Assembly: GCA_016188915.1 (NCBI GenBank)
Contig: JACPGU010000002.1
Coordinates: 11,388-75,387 of the forward strand
Length of the DNA stretch: 64,000 bases
Direction: 5' to 3'
Origin: Candidatus Microgenomates bacterium
GTDB taxonomy: Bacteria > Patescibacteriota > JACPGU01
Shown piece by piece: positions 17,926 through 27,134 of this stretch. How positions within the stretch are numbered: position 1 is the stretch's first letter; each line of letters starts with the position of its first letter. Under the pieces are notes generated by a model, which saw only the letters and a list, made by a program, of their open reading frames with translations, did not search any database and was not told where the DNA came from. The translations under genes and the position numbers were made by a program.

Positions 17926-20709
17926 CTAAGAGCATCCTCCTGACGCTTCCCCGCATTGCAGACAGGTCATGCAGGTACCAGAACGAACCATGATACCGCC
18001 GCATTTTTGACAGGCTATCCCCGAAGAAACAGAACTATTGATTTTCTTCTGTGGCTCCTCTACATTCATTATCTCTGAAGAAATATCAGCGACAGCTTCA
18101 TTTTTTGTTTCTGTTTCTTTTTTCTCCAGCATTTCAACATTATCAATAGCCGACATGCCAAATTCAGCTAATTCTTCTGGTTTCAAAAATCTCAGTCCCA
18201 AATATCTGAAAATATAGTCAACTATGCTCGTAGCTATTCTAATATTGGAATTGTCAGTAAAGCCGCTAGGCTCAAAACGAGAATAGACGAATTGTTTGAC
18301 CAATCCTTTCAAAGGTACTCCGTACTGCAGGGCCATGGAAACACTAATAGCAAAAGCATCTAGGAGCCCGGACAGAGTGCTCCCCTGTTTGGCCATTCTA
18401 ATAAAAATCTCTGCCAGGGCCCCATCTTCAAACATACTGTAAGTAATATAGCCCTTATGATCGGCTAAAGAAAATCTATGTGTCTCCGATACTCTGGTAG
18501 AAGGCAATTTGCGACGAGAAGTAGTCGTTGTCAGCCCTAGCCCCAATTGAGAGCTCTCTTTCTTTTTCTTTGCGGAAGACGAAGACAAAGGCTGGGTTGC
18601 CTTGGAGCCATCACGATAAACAGCAAAAGCTTTGACCCCCAATTTCCACGCCATCATATAAGCATCGTAGATTTCTTCTACCGTTGTTTCATTGGCCATA
18701 TTAAATGTCTTGGAAATAGCTCCTGACACAAAAGGCTGCACCGCGCCAACGAGCCGAATGTGCCCTTGCCAACTAATTAGTCTCTTGCCGTTAGCCGGCT
18801 TCGCCGCGCAGTCAAATATCGGCAGATGACGATCTTTGAAATGTGGCGCGCCCTCAATAGTGCCGTTTTCTTCTATGTAGTCAATGATGTCTTTGATCTC
18901 CAGCTCTTTGTAGCCGAGTCGATGCAGAGCCGAATCTACTGATTTGTTGACTATTTTGAGCCAACCCCCACCGACCAATTGTTTCATTTTGACCAACGAA
19001 TAATCCGGTTCAATACCGGTCGTGTCGCAATCCATCATGAAGGCAATGGTCCCAGTGGGAGCGATAACTGTCACTTGCGCGTTGCGAAAGCCATATTTTT
19101 CTCCCTCGGCTATTACTTTGTCCCAAATCTTGGTAGCTTCAATAGCTATCTTTTTATTAGACAAAAATTTTAAATCAATATCTCGAGAGGCAGCTCTGTG
19201 TTTTTCCATTACACGCAACATTGGCTCTCTATTCTCTTCATATCTGTCAAAAGCGCCTATCCGACGAGCAACTTGCGCCGAATAACGGTAAGCTTCTCCT
19301 GACAAAATTGAAGTCAATGCTCCAGCCCAAGCCCGACCTTCATCGGAATCATAAGGAATACCATTAAACATCAGAAAAGCTCCCAAATTGGCAAATCCCA
19401 AGCCTAATTGCCTCATACTCCTGGCATTAGCGCCTATTAATTCTGTTGGATAGCTGGAACCGGCTACCAAAATATCCTGCGCCAAAATAATCACCCTGAT
19501 CGCCTGCAGATAGTCTTCCAGGAGAAATTCTCCGTCTTTACCAACAAATTTCATGAAATTAATAGAGGCGAGATTGCAGGCAGAATTGTCAATGTGCATA
19601 TATTCAGAACAGGGATTAGAAGCATTAATCCTGGCCGTGTTAGGGCAGGTGTGCCAATCATTGATGATGGTATCAAATTGCACCCCAGGATCACCGCATT
19701 CCCAAGCGGCTTGCGCTATTTCTTTGAGTAGTTCCCTGGCATTATATTCATCGGCCACTTCTCCTGTTTTGATAAATTTCGTCTGCCAAACCCCCTCCGA
19801 CTCTACCGCCTTCATGAAGTCGTCAGTAATTCGAACCGAGTTATTGGCATTTTGAAATTGAATAGAACTCCAGGCTTCGTTATTAAGATCGGACATATCA
19901 TATCCAGCATCAGTCAAGGCTCTAATTTTCTGTTCTTCATCCGCTTTGCAACGGATGAATTCCATAATGTCGGGATGATCAATATTCATAATGACCATCT
20001 TGGCGGCGCGTCTAGTTGCGCCACCAGATTTAATCATTCCAGCTACCGCATCCGCCCCACGCATAAAAGATACCGGGCCGGAAGATCTACCTCCTGCCGT
20101 CATTGTTTCTCTTTTTGAACGCAAAGTAGAAAGATTGATACCAGAACCAGAGCCACCCTTGAAAATCATTCCTTCAGTTTTAATCCAATCCAAAATGGAA
20201 GGCATTGTGTCTTCTACCGATAGGATAAAGCAAGCTGAACATTGTGGATGTTCGGAAATTCCAACATTGAACCAGACCGGACTATTGAAAGCTGCCTTTT
20301 GGTAAATAAGCAAATGCGTCAGCTCATCTTCAAATATTTCCCTAGTAGGAGTTTCGAAATAACCATGCTTTTCCCCCCAACTACCGATAGTTTTGACCAC
20401 TCGATCAATCATTTGACGCGCCGATTTCTCGCGCGCCGGTGTCCCCAGCCTACCACGCAAGTACTTGGAAGCCGTAATGTTAATCGCGTTGTCCGACCAA
20501 AAGTCTGGAAATTCAACATCTTTTTGCTCAAAAACTTTTTTTTCTTTACTTCCCACCACCGCGTCTCTTTTCACCCATTTGATTCCCTTGTAGGGATTTT
20601 TCGGTGTTTTGTCGGTGAAATGCCGTTTCAAAGGTATCTCATTTTTTTTGGCATAAGGCATTTTTGTCTTGCCTGCGCTAATCTTGGAAACCGTCTGGAT
20701 AGTGGGCAT
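17926..20709 (-). CDS. nrdJ: Class II (adenosylcobalamin-dependent) ribonucleotide reductase
   Basis: FNSPVWFN, QCSACFI, SNPCSEY, ACNLAS, IAPTGTI and YRDGSK motifs; TSCPD-like C-terminal domain and Cys-rich tail. Confidence 0.95.
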   Translation of the reverse strand: MPTIQTVSKISAGKTKMPYAKKNEIPLKRHFTDKTPKNPYKGIKWVKRDAVVGSKEKKVFEQKDVEFPDFWSDNAINITASKYLRGRLGTPAREKSARQMIDRVVKTIGSWGEKHGYFETPTREIFEDELTHLLIYQKAAFNSPVWFNVGISEHPQCSACFILSVEDTMPSILDWIKTEGMIFKGGSGSGINLSTLRSKRETMTAGGRSSGPVSFMRGADAVAGMIKSGGATRRAAKMVIMNIDHPDIMEFIRCKADEEQKIRALTDAGYDMSDLNNEAWSSIQFQNANNSVRITDDFMKAVESEGVWQTKFIKTGEVADEYNARELLKEIAQAAWECGDPGVQFDTIINDWHTCPNTARINASNPCSEYMHIDNSACNLASINFMKFVGKDGEFLLEDYLQAIRVIILAQDILVAGSSYPTELIGANARSMRQLGLGFANLGAFLMFNGIPYDSDEGRAWAGALTSILSGEAYRYSAQVARRIGAFDRYEENREPMLRVMEKHRAASRDIDLKFLSNKKIAIEATKIWDKVIAEGEKYGFRNAQVTVIAPTGTIAFMMDCDTTGIEPDYSLVKMKQLVGGGWLKIVNKSVDSALHRLGYKELEIKDIIDYIEENGTIEGAPHFKDRHLPIFDCAAKPANGKRLISWQGHIRLVGAVQPFVSGAISKTFNMANETTVEEIYDAYMMAWKLGVKAFAVYRDGSKATQPLSSSSAKKKKESSQLGLGLTTTTSRRKLPSTRVSETHRFSLADHKGYITYSMFEDGALAEIFIRMAKQGSTLSGLLDAFAISVSMALQYGVPLKGLVKQFVYSRFEPSGFTDNSNIRIATSIVDYIFRYLGLRFLKPEELAEFGMSAIDNVEMLEKKETETKNEAVADISSEIMNVEEPQKKINSSVSSGIACQKCGGIMVRSGTCMTCLQCGEASGGCS

Positions 20710-20775
20710 GAGCGTATGATTATTAGTATTTATTTTCCCGTTCGTATGTTCGCAATGGTTCGTATGTGTGTAGTC

Positions 20776-21225
20776 TTAGTCTTTTTCCAATCTCTGTATT
20801 TCTTTTTCAAAAGCCTTCGTACTCCTGAAATTCCTATATATTGAAGCAAATCGGAGATAGGCCACTTTGTCTAATTGCCTCAAATGTTCCAAGACAATGC
20901 GACCAATTTGTTCGGAAGCGACTATTTCTTTGCGCAGATTCATCAAATCGTTTTCTATCATAAACATCAATCTCTGAAACTGCTCTTCATTAATTGGTCT
21001 TTTTTCTAAAGCCTTTCTTAAACCGCTCTCCAATTTGTGCCGGTAATATGGCTGGGTGACACCTCTTCTTTTGGCTACTCTCAAATCTACCAAGGTCACT
21101 TTTTCGTAAGTAGTAAATCGCTGGCCACATTTCAAACATTCCCGCCGCCTTTTAATAGCTCGCCCCTCTTCGGCGAGGCGAGAATTGGTCACTCTGGTAA
21201 TGGATTTACAAATGGGACAGTTCAT
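20776..21225 (-). CDS. nrdR: Transcriptional repressor NrdR
   Basis: MNCPIC...RRRECLKCGQRFTTYE zinc ribbon, ATP cone, VAYLRFASIY. Confidence 0.96.
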   Translation of the reverse strand: MNCPICKSITRVTNSRLAEEGRAIKRRRECLKCGQRFTTYEKVTLVDLRVAKRRGVTQPYYRHKLESGLRKALEKRPINEEQFQRLMFMIENDLMNLRKEIVASEQIGRIVLEHLRQLDKVAYLRFASIYRNFRSTKAFEKEIQRLEKD

Positions 21226-21257
21226 TTTGCTTAGTAAAGTCAAAATAATAAGCTATA

Positions 21258-21273
21258 ATACAATTTGTAGTAT
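21258..21273. promoter_or_regulatory. Probable NrdR box
   Basis: ATACTACAAATTGTAT on the minus strand resembles the 16-bp NrdR palindrome and lies directly upstream of nrdR-nrdJ. Confidence 0.6.
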
Positions 21274-21364
21274 AGCTACATATTAAAGTATACAAACATA
21301 TCCTTAGGCATTTATATTTTATCACTTCGTTTTTCGCCCGCAATAGGATTTTTTAGAAAAAATA

Positions 21365-21389
21365 AAAAACGGCTACAAAGCCGTTTTTT
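21365..21389 (-). terminator. Intrinsic terminator downstream of the tRNA-Leu pair
   Basis: AAAAAACGGCT-ACAA-AGCCGTTTTTT hairpin with A/T tails. Confidence 0.7.
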
Positions 21390-21562
21390 GAAATGCTCGA
21401 GGAGAGAACTCGCCCTCGACTCTCACCTCTCCGTCGCTCGGTTCGGTCTGGGCACCGCCTCACTCATTTTTCTGGTGAAAAATTTCGCTCCGGTGTTCTC
21501 GCCCTCTTCTATACTTTTTTTCATAAATAAACAATCCTTTGGGATTATTTATTTATGAAAAA

Positions 21563-21644
21563 TGCCCAGGAGAGGACTCGAACCTCCAAACCTTTCGGTA
21601 CATGGTCCTAAGCCATGCGCGTATACCAATTCCGCCACCTGGGC
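21563..21644 (-). tRNA. tRNA-Leu(TAG)
   Basis: GCCCAGG acceptor, GGCGGAATTGGT D-arm, CATGG-CTTAGGA-CCATG anticodon arm, long variable arm, GGTTCGAGTCC. Confidence 0.96.
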
Positions 21645-21756
21645 ATATCGTTGCCAAAATACATTAAATATCAAAGCACTTCAGACAAAAGTATATTGAA
21701 CCCGCTTCATCAAAAAATATATGGGGAAGCGGGTGAAATCCCGCCCCCAAGGCGGG

Positions 21757-21776
21757 ACCAATTCCGCCACCTGGGC
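21757..21776 (-). repeat. Exact copy of the first 20 nt of tRNA-Leu(TAG)
   Basis: GCCCAGGTGGCGGAATTGGT followed by hairpin CCCGCCTTGGGGGCGGG. Confidence 0.9.
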
Positions 21777-21889
21777 TTGTTTTTGAATCATGAGTTATGA
21801 ATTAAGAAGTGCGGATTATGAATCATACTTTCTATATGATCCATGACTCGTAATTCACGACCCATATTTTATAACTTATAATTCATAAA

Positions 21890-21971
21890 TGCTCGAGAGA
21901 GGATTTGAACCTCCAACCCTTGCGGGATACGCTTCTGAAGCGTACGCGTATACCAGTTCCGCCACTCGAGC
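21890..21971 (-). tRNA. tRNA-Leu(CAG)
   Basis: GCTCGAG acceptor, TACGC-TTCAGAA-GCGTA anticodon arm, GGTTCAAATCC. Confidence 0.96.
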
Positions 21972-22002
21972 TTGATTTTCCCTAACATCTGAAAACTAAT
22001 CG

Positions 22003-22662
22003 CTATACGCTGATTTGCGATTTTATCTTTTCAAAAAGCGCCTCGCCAATCCCCTTAACTTTTTTTAAATCTTCTATTATCTCAAAGCCATTATTAGCCT
22101 GCCGCCAGTCAATTATTCTTTGTCCAATGGCCGGCCCTATCCCAGGTAAGGAATCTAGTTGAGAGAGATCGGCTGTATTAATATTTATTAATCTTGCGCC
22201 CCCATCAACCGTCTGGCCTGATGCTTCAAGCGACAGGTACCCAGAACCATTTCCAGAGATTACCATTTCGGAATTTGCGTCGGATAAAGTAAAAATATAA
22301 ATTTTGCTATTATTGCCGATAATAGCCGCCTGATTTATCTCTCTGACTATCCGAAAACGATCAGCTATGCTGGACAATCCACCCGCTTTTTCTATCGCGT
22401 CAGCTATAACACTACCGCTGTTCAAACGATAAACACCTGGTTTCTCTACGCCTCCTTCAATATCAAAAACTATTTTCTGACTGGAAATATTTTGCTTTTC
22501 AGTGGAGACAAAATCTTCTGATGTTATTATTTTGCCCTGTGTTTGATTGGCGCCCCAAATCATCACAGCGCCTCCCCAGAGAAGTAAAATCAAAATCATA
22601 CCCAAACCAATAGACAATCTATATTTTTCAAAAAAAGCTGTAATTATCGCCCGACTAATCAT
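22003..22662 (-). CDS. comEA: Competence DNA-binding protein ComEA
   Basis: N-terminal TM helix, SLBB domain (DIEGGVEKPGVY), HhH motif ININTA...LPGIGP...VKGIG. Confidence 0.93.
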   Translation of the reverse strand: MISRAIITAFFEKYRLSIGLGMILILLLWGGAVMIWGANQTQGKIITSEDFVSTEKQNISSQKIVFDIEGGVEKPGVYRLNSGSVIADAIEKAGGLSSIADRFRIVREINQAAIIGNNSKIYIFTLSDANSEMVISGNGSGYLSLEASGQTVDGGARLININTADLSQLDSLPGIGPAIGQRIIDWRQANNGFEIIEDLKKVKGIGEALFEKIKSQISV

Positions 22663-22671
22663 AAAAAATTG

Positions 22672-23220
22672 CTATATTTTTTGCCAAATTGCCACATGGC
22701 TATCACCATAGGTGCGATCTTCAAGCAACCTTAAAATATCTATTTTAGGGATAGCTACTCGACTACTTGATTCTAGCACAAAAACGCCATCTTTGGCTAG
22801 AATATCGGCTACTAATTCTATTTTTTGTAAGTCAAAGTCATAATACGGTGGATCGGCGAAAACAAGATCGTATTTCTGCAGAGACAAAGCATGCTTTGTC
22901 TCTGCCATAAATTTATCATAACTCATACTTCGTACTTCATAATTCGTAAAACCAAAGGTTTCCATGGCCAACTTAACATCTCTTATCGAACCCCTATCTC
23001 TATCGACAAAAGTAACTGTCCCCGCTCCTCTTGAAATCGCTTCTATCCCATACATCCCGCTTCCCGCAAAAAGATCGACAACTTTTATATTTTCAAAATC
23101 CACCATATTTCCCAGGATATTAAAAACCGCCATTCGCACTTTTTCCGAAGTCGTTCTTCTGCCCTTGCGTTCTCGGTAAGAGACTTGCCTACCCTGAAAT
23201 TGTCCGCCTGTAATTTTCAT
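22672..23220 (-). CDS. rsmD: 16S rRNA m2G966 methyltransferase RsmD family
   Basis: MKITGG, DLFAGSG, EAISRG and FADPPY motifs. Confidence 0.9.
   Translation of the reverse strand: MKITGGQFQGRQVSYRERKGRRTTSEKVRMAVFNILGNMVDFENIKVVDLFAGSGMYGIEAISRGAGTVTFVDRDRGSIRDVKLAMETFGFTNYEVRSMSYDKFMAETKHALSLQKYDLVFADPPYYDFDLQKIELVADILAKDGVFVLESSSRVAIPKIDILRLLEDRTYGDSHVAIWQKI
22878..22905. repeat. GTAG/GCAG-type REP palindrome, in-frame in rsmD
   Basis: Perfect palindrome GCAGAGACAAAGCATGCTTTGTCTCTGC, encoding AETKHALSL. Confidence 0.9.
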
Positions 23221-23253
23221 CTTATTTTCTTATTTTCTTAATTTCTTATCTCC

Positions 23254-25458
23254 CTATTCCCAATGTTTAATGGTATTTATCTCCTCTATTTTTTCTTTCA
23301 GTTTATCATATTTTTCCAAACCTTCATCAATTATAGTCTGCGCCTCTGCGCGAGCCAATTTAATCAAGGATTGGTCCCAGAGATTGGCAATTTTTAATTG
23401 CGGGAATCCTGACTGCTCCGCGCCCCAAAATTCACCCGGACCACGGTTTTTCAAGTCAAACTCGGCTAGCTCAAATCCTGAATTCGTCCCCGCAAATTTT
23501 TTCAATCTCTCTATCGCTTCGGGATTTCTGCTTTCAGAAAAAACCAAACAATAGGCTTGCCTCTCACCTCGCCCCACTCGTCCGCGAAATTGGTGGAGTT
23601 GCGCCAGCCCAAATCTGTCAGCGTTTTCCACTACCATAATGTTCGCATTGGGTATATCGATCCCCACTTCAATCACGGAAGTGGAAACGAGGATTTGTGT
23701 TTTTTTGTTTTTGAAGTCTTGGAGAATTTTTTCTTTTTCTTCTGACTTTATTCTGCCATGTAAAAAAGCTATCTGAAAATCTGGAAATATTTTTTTTAAT
23801 CTTTCCGCCTCTTCCATCACCGTCCTGCGGTCATCCTGTAGAGACGAAGCATGCTTCGTCTCTACAAAATCCGAATTCTTGTTTTCTTGCTTACTTGTTT
23901 TTCCCGCCTCTATATTCAATCTTATTGTATGGCAGGACCTCGCCAAAGGCGGTGGCTTGTTTTCTCGACTAATCAACGAACATACCACAAACACTTGCCC
24001 TCCCTCCTTCACTTTCTCCGCGATGAATTCGTAGGCCTTCTTCCTCTTCGTCCCATCCACAAATCGCGAAACAATCGGTTTCCTGCCTTTTGGCAATTCG
24101 TCAATAATGGAAATATCCAAGTCGCCATAAAGAGTTAGGGCAAGCGACCTCGGGATAGGTGTCGCCGTCATAGAGAGAAAATGTGGTGTCAAATTTTTAA
24201 GGCCAGATTTTTCTTTCAAAATTTTTCTTTGCTCCACGCCAAAACGATGTTGCTCATCCACGATGACCAGGCCAATTTTTTTGTATTTAACTTTTTTTGA
24301 AAACAGGGCGTGAGTACCGATGATAATATCAGATTGAAGATTGAAGATTTTAGATTTAGGATTTTCAATTTTTCCCTGAATCCTGAATCCTGAATCCTGA
24401 ATCCTACCTGTAATCAAGCTCACGCTTACGCCAAACTCGCTCAATAATTTAGAAATAGTCTCATAATGTTGTTGCGCCAAGATCTCCGTCGGACACATAA
24501 TCACAGACTGATAACCCGCGTCATGCGCCATCAGACAAGTGGTAGCGGCCACCAGCGTCTTGCCACTGCCAACATCTCCCTCTAGCAATCTATTCATTGG
24601 GTTTTCCTTTTCTATATCCTGCAATATCTCCCACAGAGATTTCTTCTGTGAAAGCGTCATTTCAAAGGGCAAAGTGGCGAGAAACTTCTTTGTTAATTCT
24701 AGATTGAATTTGATTTTTGGCGCCTTAAATTTCTCTAGCTCTTTTTTTTGGGACAAAAGTGAAAGCTGAATCAGAAATATCTCGTCGAAACCGAGACGAC
24801 GGCGCGCTTCAACTAACAATTCCCGACTAGAAGGGAAATGGATCTCGCGCAAAGCATCAGCCAGAGGGAGAAAGTCGTTTCTTTTAATAATGTCTAGAGG
24901 CAAGTATTCAGGTATTTGCAGAGACGAAACATGCTCTGTCTTTGTGAAAAACGGGTAGATAATTTTCCTCAAAAATTTTGAATTCAAACCATCTGTTTGA
25001 GAATAAATAGGGATAATCCCTCTGGTATGGATTAAATCTGCTTCTTCTTCCAATTTTTCCACCATTGGATTATTGAATTGCAAACCCCTCCTCCCAAAAC
25101 CAATTTTGCCACTTAAAATTATTTGGTCCCCTATTTTAAGGTTATTGGTAATATATGGCTGATTAAACCAGATAGCGCTGACTGTGCTTTCTCCGTCTGA
25201 CACTGCCATAGTGGTAATACTCATCCGGCGTCTTTTCCAGGCTTTTTTTGTGCCCAAATCCCAGATTTGGCCACGAATCGTCCCACTTTCGCCATTTTTT
25301 AGCTCTTTTATGGTTTTTATATGTGAAAAATCCTCCCACCTGCGAGGAAAATGATAGACTAAATCTTTTATTATCTCCACGCCTAATTTCTTGAATCTTT
25401 CGGTTGTCTTCATCCCTACGCCAGGCAGTTGGAAGATAGGTGTCTCCAGGTTTAGCAT
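23254..25458 (-). CDS. recG: ATP-dependent DNA helicase RecG (with repeat-derived insertions)
   Basis: [33 protein letters not shown] and RGPGE motifs. Confidence 0.96.
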   Translation of the reverse strand: MLNLETPIFQLPGVGMKTTERFKKLGVEIIKDLVYHFPRRWEDFSHIKTIKELKNGESGTIRGQIWDLGTKKAWKRRRMSITTMAVSDGESTVSAIWFNQPYITNNLKIGDQIILSGKIGFGRRGLQFNNPMVEKLEEEADLIHTRGIIPIYSQTDGLNSKFLRKIIYPFFTKTEHVSSLQIPEYLPLDIIKRNDFLPLADALREIHFPSSRELLVEARRRLGFDEIFLIQLSLLSQKKELEKFKAPKIKFNLELTKKFLATLPFEMTLSQKKSLWEILQDIEKENPMNRLLEGDVGSGKTLVAATTCLMAHDAGYQSVIMCPTEILAQQHYETISKLLSEFGVSVSLITGRIQDSGFRIQGKIENPKSKIFNLQSDIIIGTHALFSKKVKYKKIGLVIVDEQHRFGVEQRKILKEKSGLKNLTPHFLSMTATPIPRSLALTLYGDLDISIIDELPKGRKPIVSRFVDGTKRKKAYEFIAEKVKEGGQVFVVCSLISRENKPPPLARSCHTIRLNIEAGKTSKQENKNSDFVETKHASSLQDDRRTVMEEAERLKKIFPDFQIAFLHGRIKSEEKEKILQDFKNKKTQILVSTSVIEVGIDIPNANIMVVENADRFGLAQLHQFRGRVGRGERQAYCLVFSESRNPEAIERLKKFAGTNSGFELAEFDLKNRGPGEFWGAEQSGFPQLKIANLWDQSLIKLARAEAQTIIDEGLEKYDKLKEKIEEINTIKHWE
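23837..23866. repeat. GTAG-type REP palindrome, in-frame in recG
   Basis: Perfect 30-bp palindrome TGTAGAGACGAAGCATGCTTCGTCTCTACA, encoding [10 protein letters not shown]; a degenerate second copy is at 24918..24945. Confidence 0.9.
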
Positions 25459-25522
25459 ACCTGCATTCTATCACAAAAATTGGTAATGGATTAGCAATAA
25501 TTAATGTTTTTTGATAAAGGGC

Positions 25523-25551
25523 TTGACAGGGCTATTTTCTTGTGCTAAATT
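25523..25551 (+). promoter_or_regulatory. Sigma70-type promoter facing the structured non-coding region
   Basis: TTGACA-17 bp-TAAATT with extended TG. Confidence 0.7.
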
Positions 25552-25559
25552 AATATTCG

Positions 25560-26023
25560 TACCCTAAAAAATAGCAGAGAAAATGGCTTAAGAGAGAGAA
25601 AAATGGGTGTATCTCTACCCCTTTATAGGGACCCCCCGTTAATTCGGGTCATACACCCATCTTTCTCCCTCCAAAGCCCTCCTTTCCTTGATTTTTCAAG
25701 AAAAGGTATCAACTCGCTTGGGGGCTAGACGCCTATTTTACAAAAAATAGGGTCCCGCTCTTTCAAAAGCGGGTTGTCTCGAGGGAACGCTCCAAAAGAG
25801 CCGGAATAGAACCGGAAAACACCTTCTTTTTAGAACTGTTTTCTTTATTCCGCTCTTTGGCGGAAAGATCGCTCCGGCGATGCGTTCTAATCCTTTGCTT
25901 TCAAAAGAGCACTAAAAAGCGGATCTGAGAAAAGTGTAGAGGTCAGACGACCTTATTTAGACCTCCCGGTCTTCACGTTTGGTCTTTTGGCCAAGCTACA
26001 CTCTATCTTTTCCGCTTTTTTTT
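25560..26023. ncRNA. Candidate large structured ncRNA (unidentified)
   Basis: No ORF of 60 aa or more; nested helices over nearly the whole length; upstream promoter and 3' U-tract on the plus strand. Confidence 0.55.
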
Positions 26024-26032
26024 ACAAAATTA

Positions 26033-26061
26033 TTGACTTTTCTATAAATTTATAGTATAAT
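26033..26061 (+). promoter_or_regulatory. Sigma70 promoter of the 26121 gene
   Basis: TTGACT-17 bp-TATAAT. Confidence 0.8.
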
Positions 26062-26120
26062 GGTAGAAGTGGCCTAGCCACTATTAAAAATTTGTCAAAA
26101 ACCAAAAGGGAGGTTTTTTC

Positions 26121-27044
26121 ATGAAAAAGATGGTTGCGCTGTTTCTTTTGATGGCCACGATGGCTATCACGGATCTGTCCCCCGTTTGGGCAGGTGAACT
26201 GCAGGTGGAGGTACAAAAGCTTTCCACCGCGAGCAATCCACCCCTGCATCGGCTCGCCGTCTTGAAGACGGACATCGAGCAGATGGATCGAATCCTGGCG
26301 GAGACGACCGAAATCAGGGAAAATATTTTTCAGGTCTCCCTGACCGCCGAGAAGGAAAACATCCGACTGACCGGACTCTCCCTCTTGCTTCCGAACCTGG
26401 ACCGGTCGGGAAATTTCCGCGAAGACGGACTGACCAATCTCGAGGAGGCCGAGCTTTATCTCGGCACCGAGCTGGAAGTCTCCGTCGACCGAAAAACCGG
26501 GCTGATTTCGACCAACAAGGTCGGCACCGCTCTGCCCAAGGACAACACCATCTCTTGGGGACTGGATATGCTCGTTCCGGCCGGCAAAACTATCTCTCTG
26601 TTCGTTTCGGGAAAATTTTCCGAAACTTACGCGGAAACAGGGAAAAATTCCTGGCCACCGGCGGTTCAACTTTTGAGCCTGACCGCCGAGAATATCGACG
26701 GCCAACCGGCGGAAGTCAATTTCTCTTCCCGCCTCCCCGATGAAGGAGTGAAGTTGGAGAGAAACCTTCTACCGGCACCGGATAACTCCGGCCGAGCACT
26801 GATTCGGGTGAAAAATTCCGACCCGATCAGCATCGAGCCGGGGATGACATTGGAAATCGGCCATGAAATCATGGTCGTGGCCAAATGCCATACCGCCTGC
26901 GCCGCTCCGGAAACCGAGCTGGAGGTCATTCGCGGAGACAACCGCGAGATGCCCCTTTTCGGAACGATGACATCCCCGCACTACGCGGGCGAGAAGGTCG
27001 AAGTCTACGACCTCCGCCCCCATCCACAAGCTCCCACGATCTAG
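26121..27044 (+). CDS. Secreted hypothetical protein (GC-rich, probably acquired)
   Basis: Signal peptide MKKMVALFLLMAT...VWA, strong SD GGGAGG, own promoter and terminator. Confidence 0.85.
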   Translation: MKKMVALFLLMATMAITDLSPVWAGELQVEVQKLSTASNPPLHRLAVLKTDIEQMDRILAETTEIRENIFQVSLTAEKENIRLTGLSLLLPNLDRSGNFREDGLTNLEEAELYLGTELEVSVDRKTGLISTNKVGTALPKDNTISWGLDMLVPAGKTISLFVSGKFSETYAETGKNSWPPAVQLLSLTAENIDGQPAEVNFSSRLPDEGVKLERNLLPAPDNSGRALIRVKNSDPISIEPGMTLEIGHEIMVVAKCHTACAAPETELEVIRGDNREMPLFGTMTSPHYAGEKVEVYDLRPHPQAPTI

Positions 27045-27069
27045 GAGAGCAAAAAAGTTGAGTTGAACT

Positions 27070-27097
27070 AAAAGGCCACCCAAAAGGTGGCCTTTTT
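27070..27097. terminator. Bidirectional intrinsic terminator
   Basis: AAAAGGCCACC-CAAAA-GGTGGCCTTTTT between convergent genes. Confidence 0.8.
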
Positions 27098-27134
27098 CTT
27101 ATTTAATTTCTTATTTTCTTAGTTTTTTAATTTC

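Noticed and set aside
25560..26023. RNase P RNA, tmRNA or SRP RNA
   Set aside because: The diagnostic conserved motifs and tRNA-like termini were not found on either strand by eye; kept as an unidentified element.
26022..26705. 227-aa minus-strand ORF and other ORFs overlapping the 26121 gene
   Set aside because: Antisense shadows of a GC-rich gene that has a promoter, SD, signal peptide and terminator on the plus strand.
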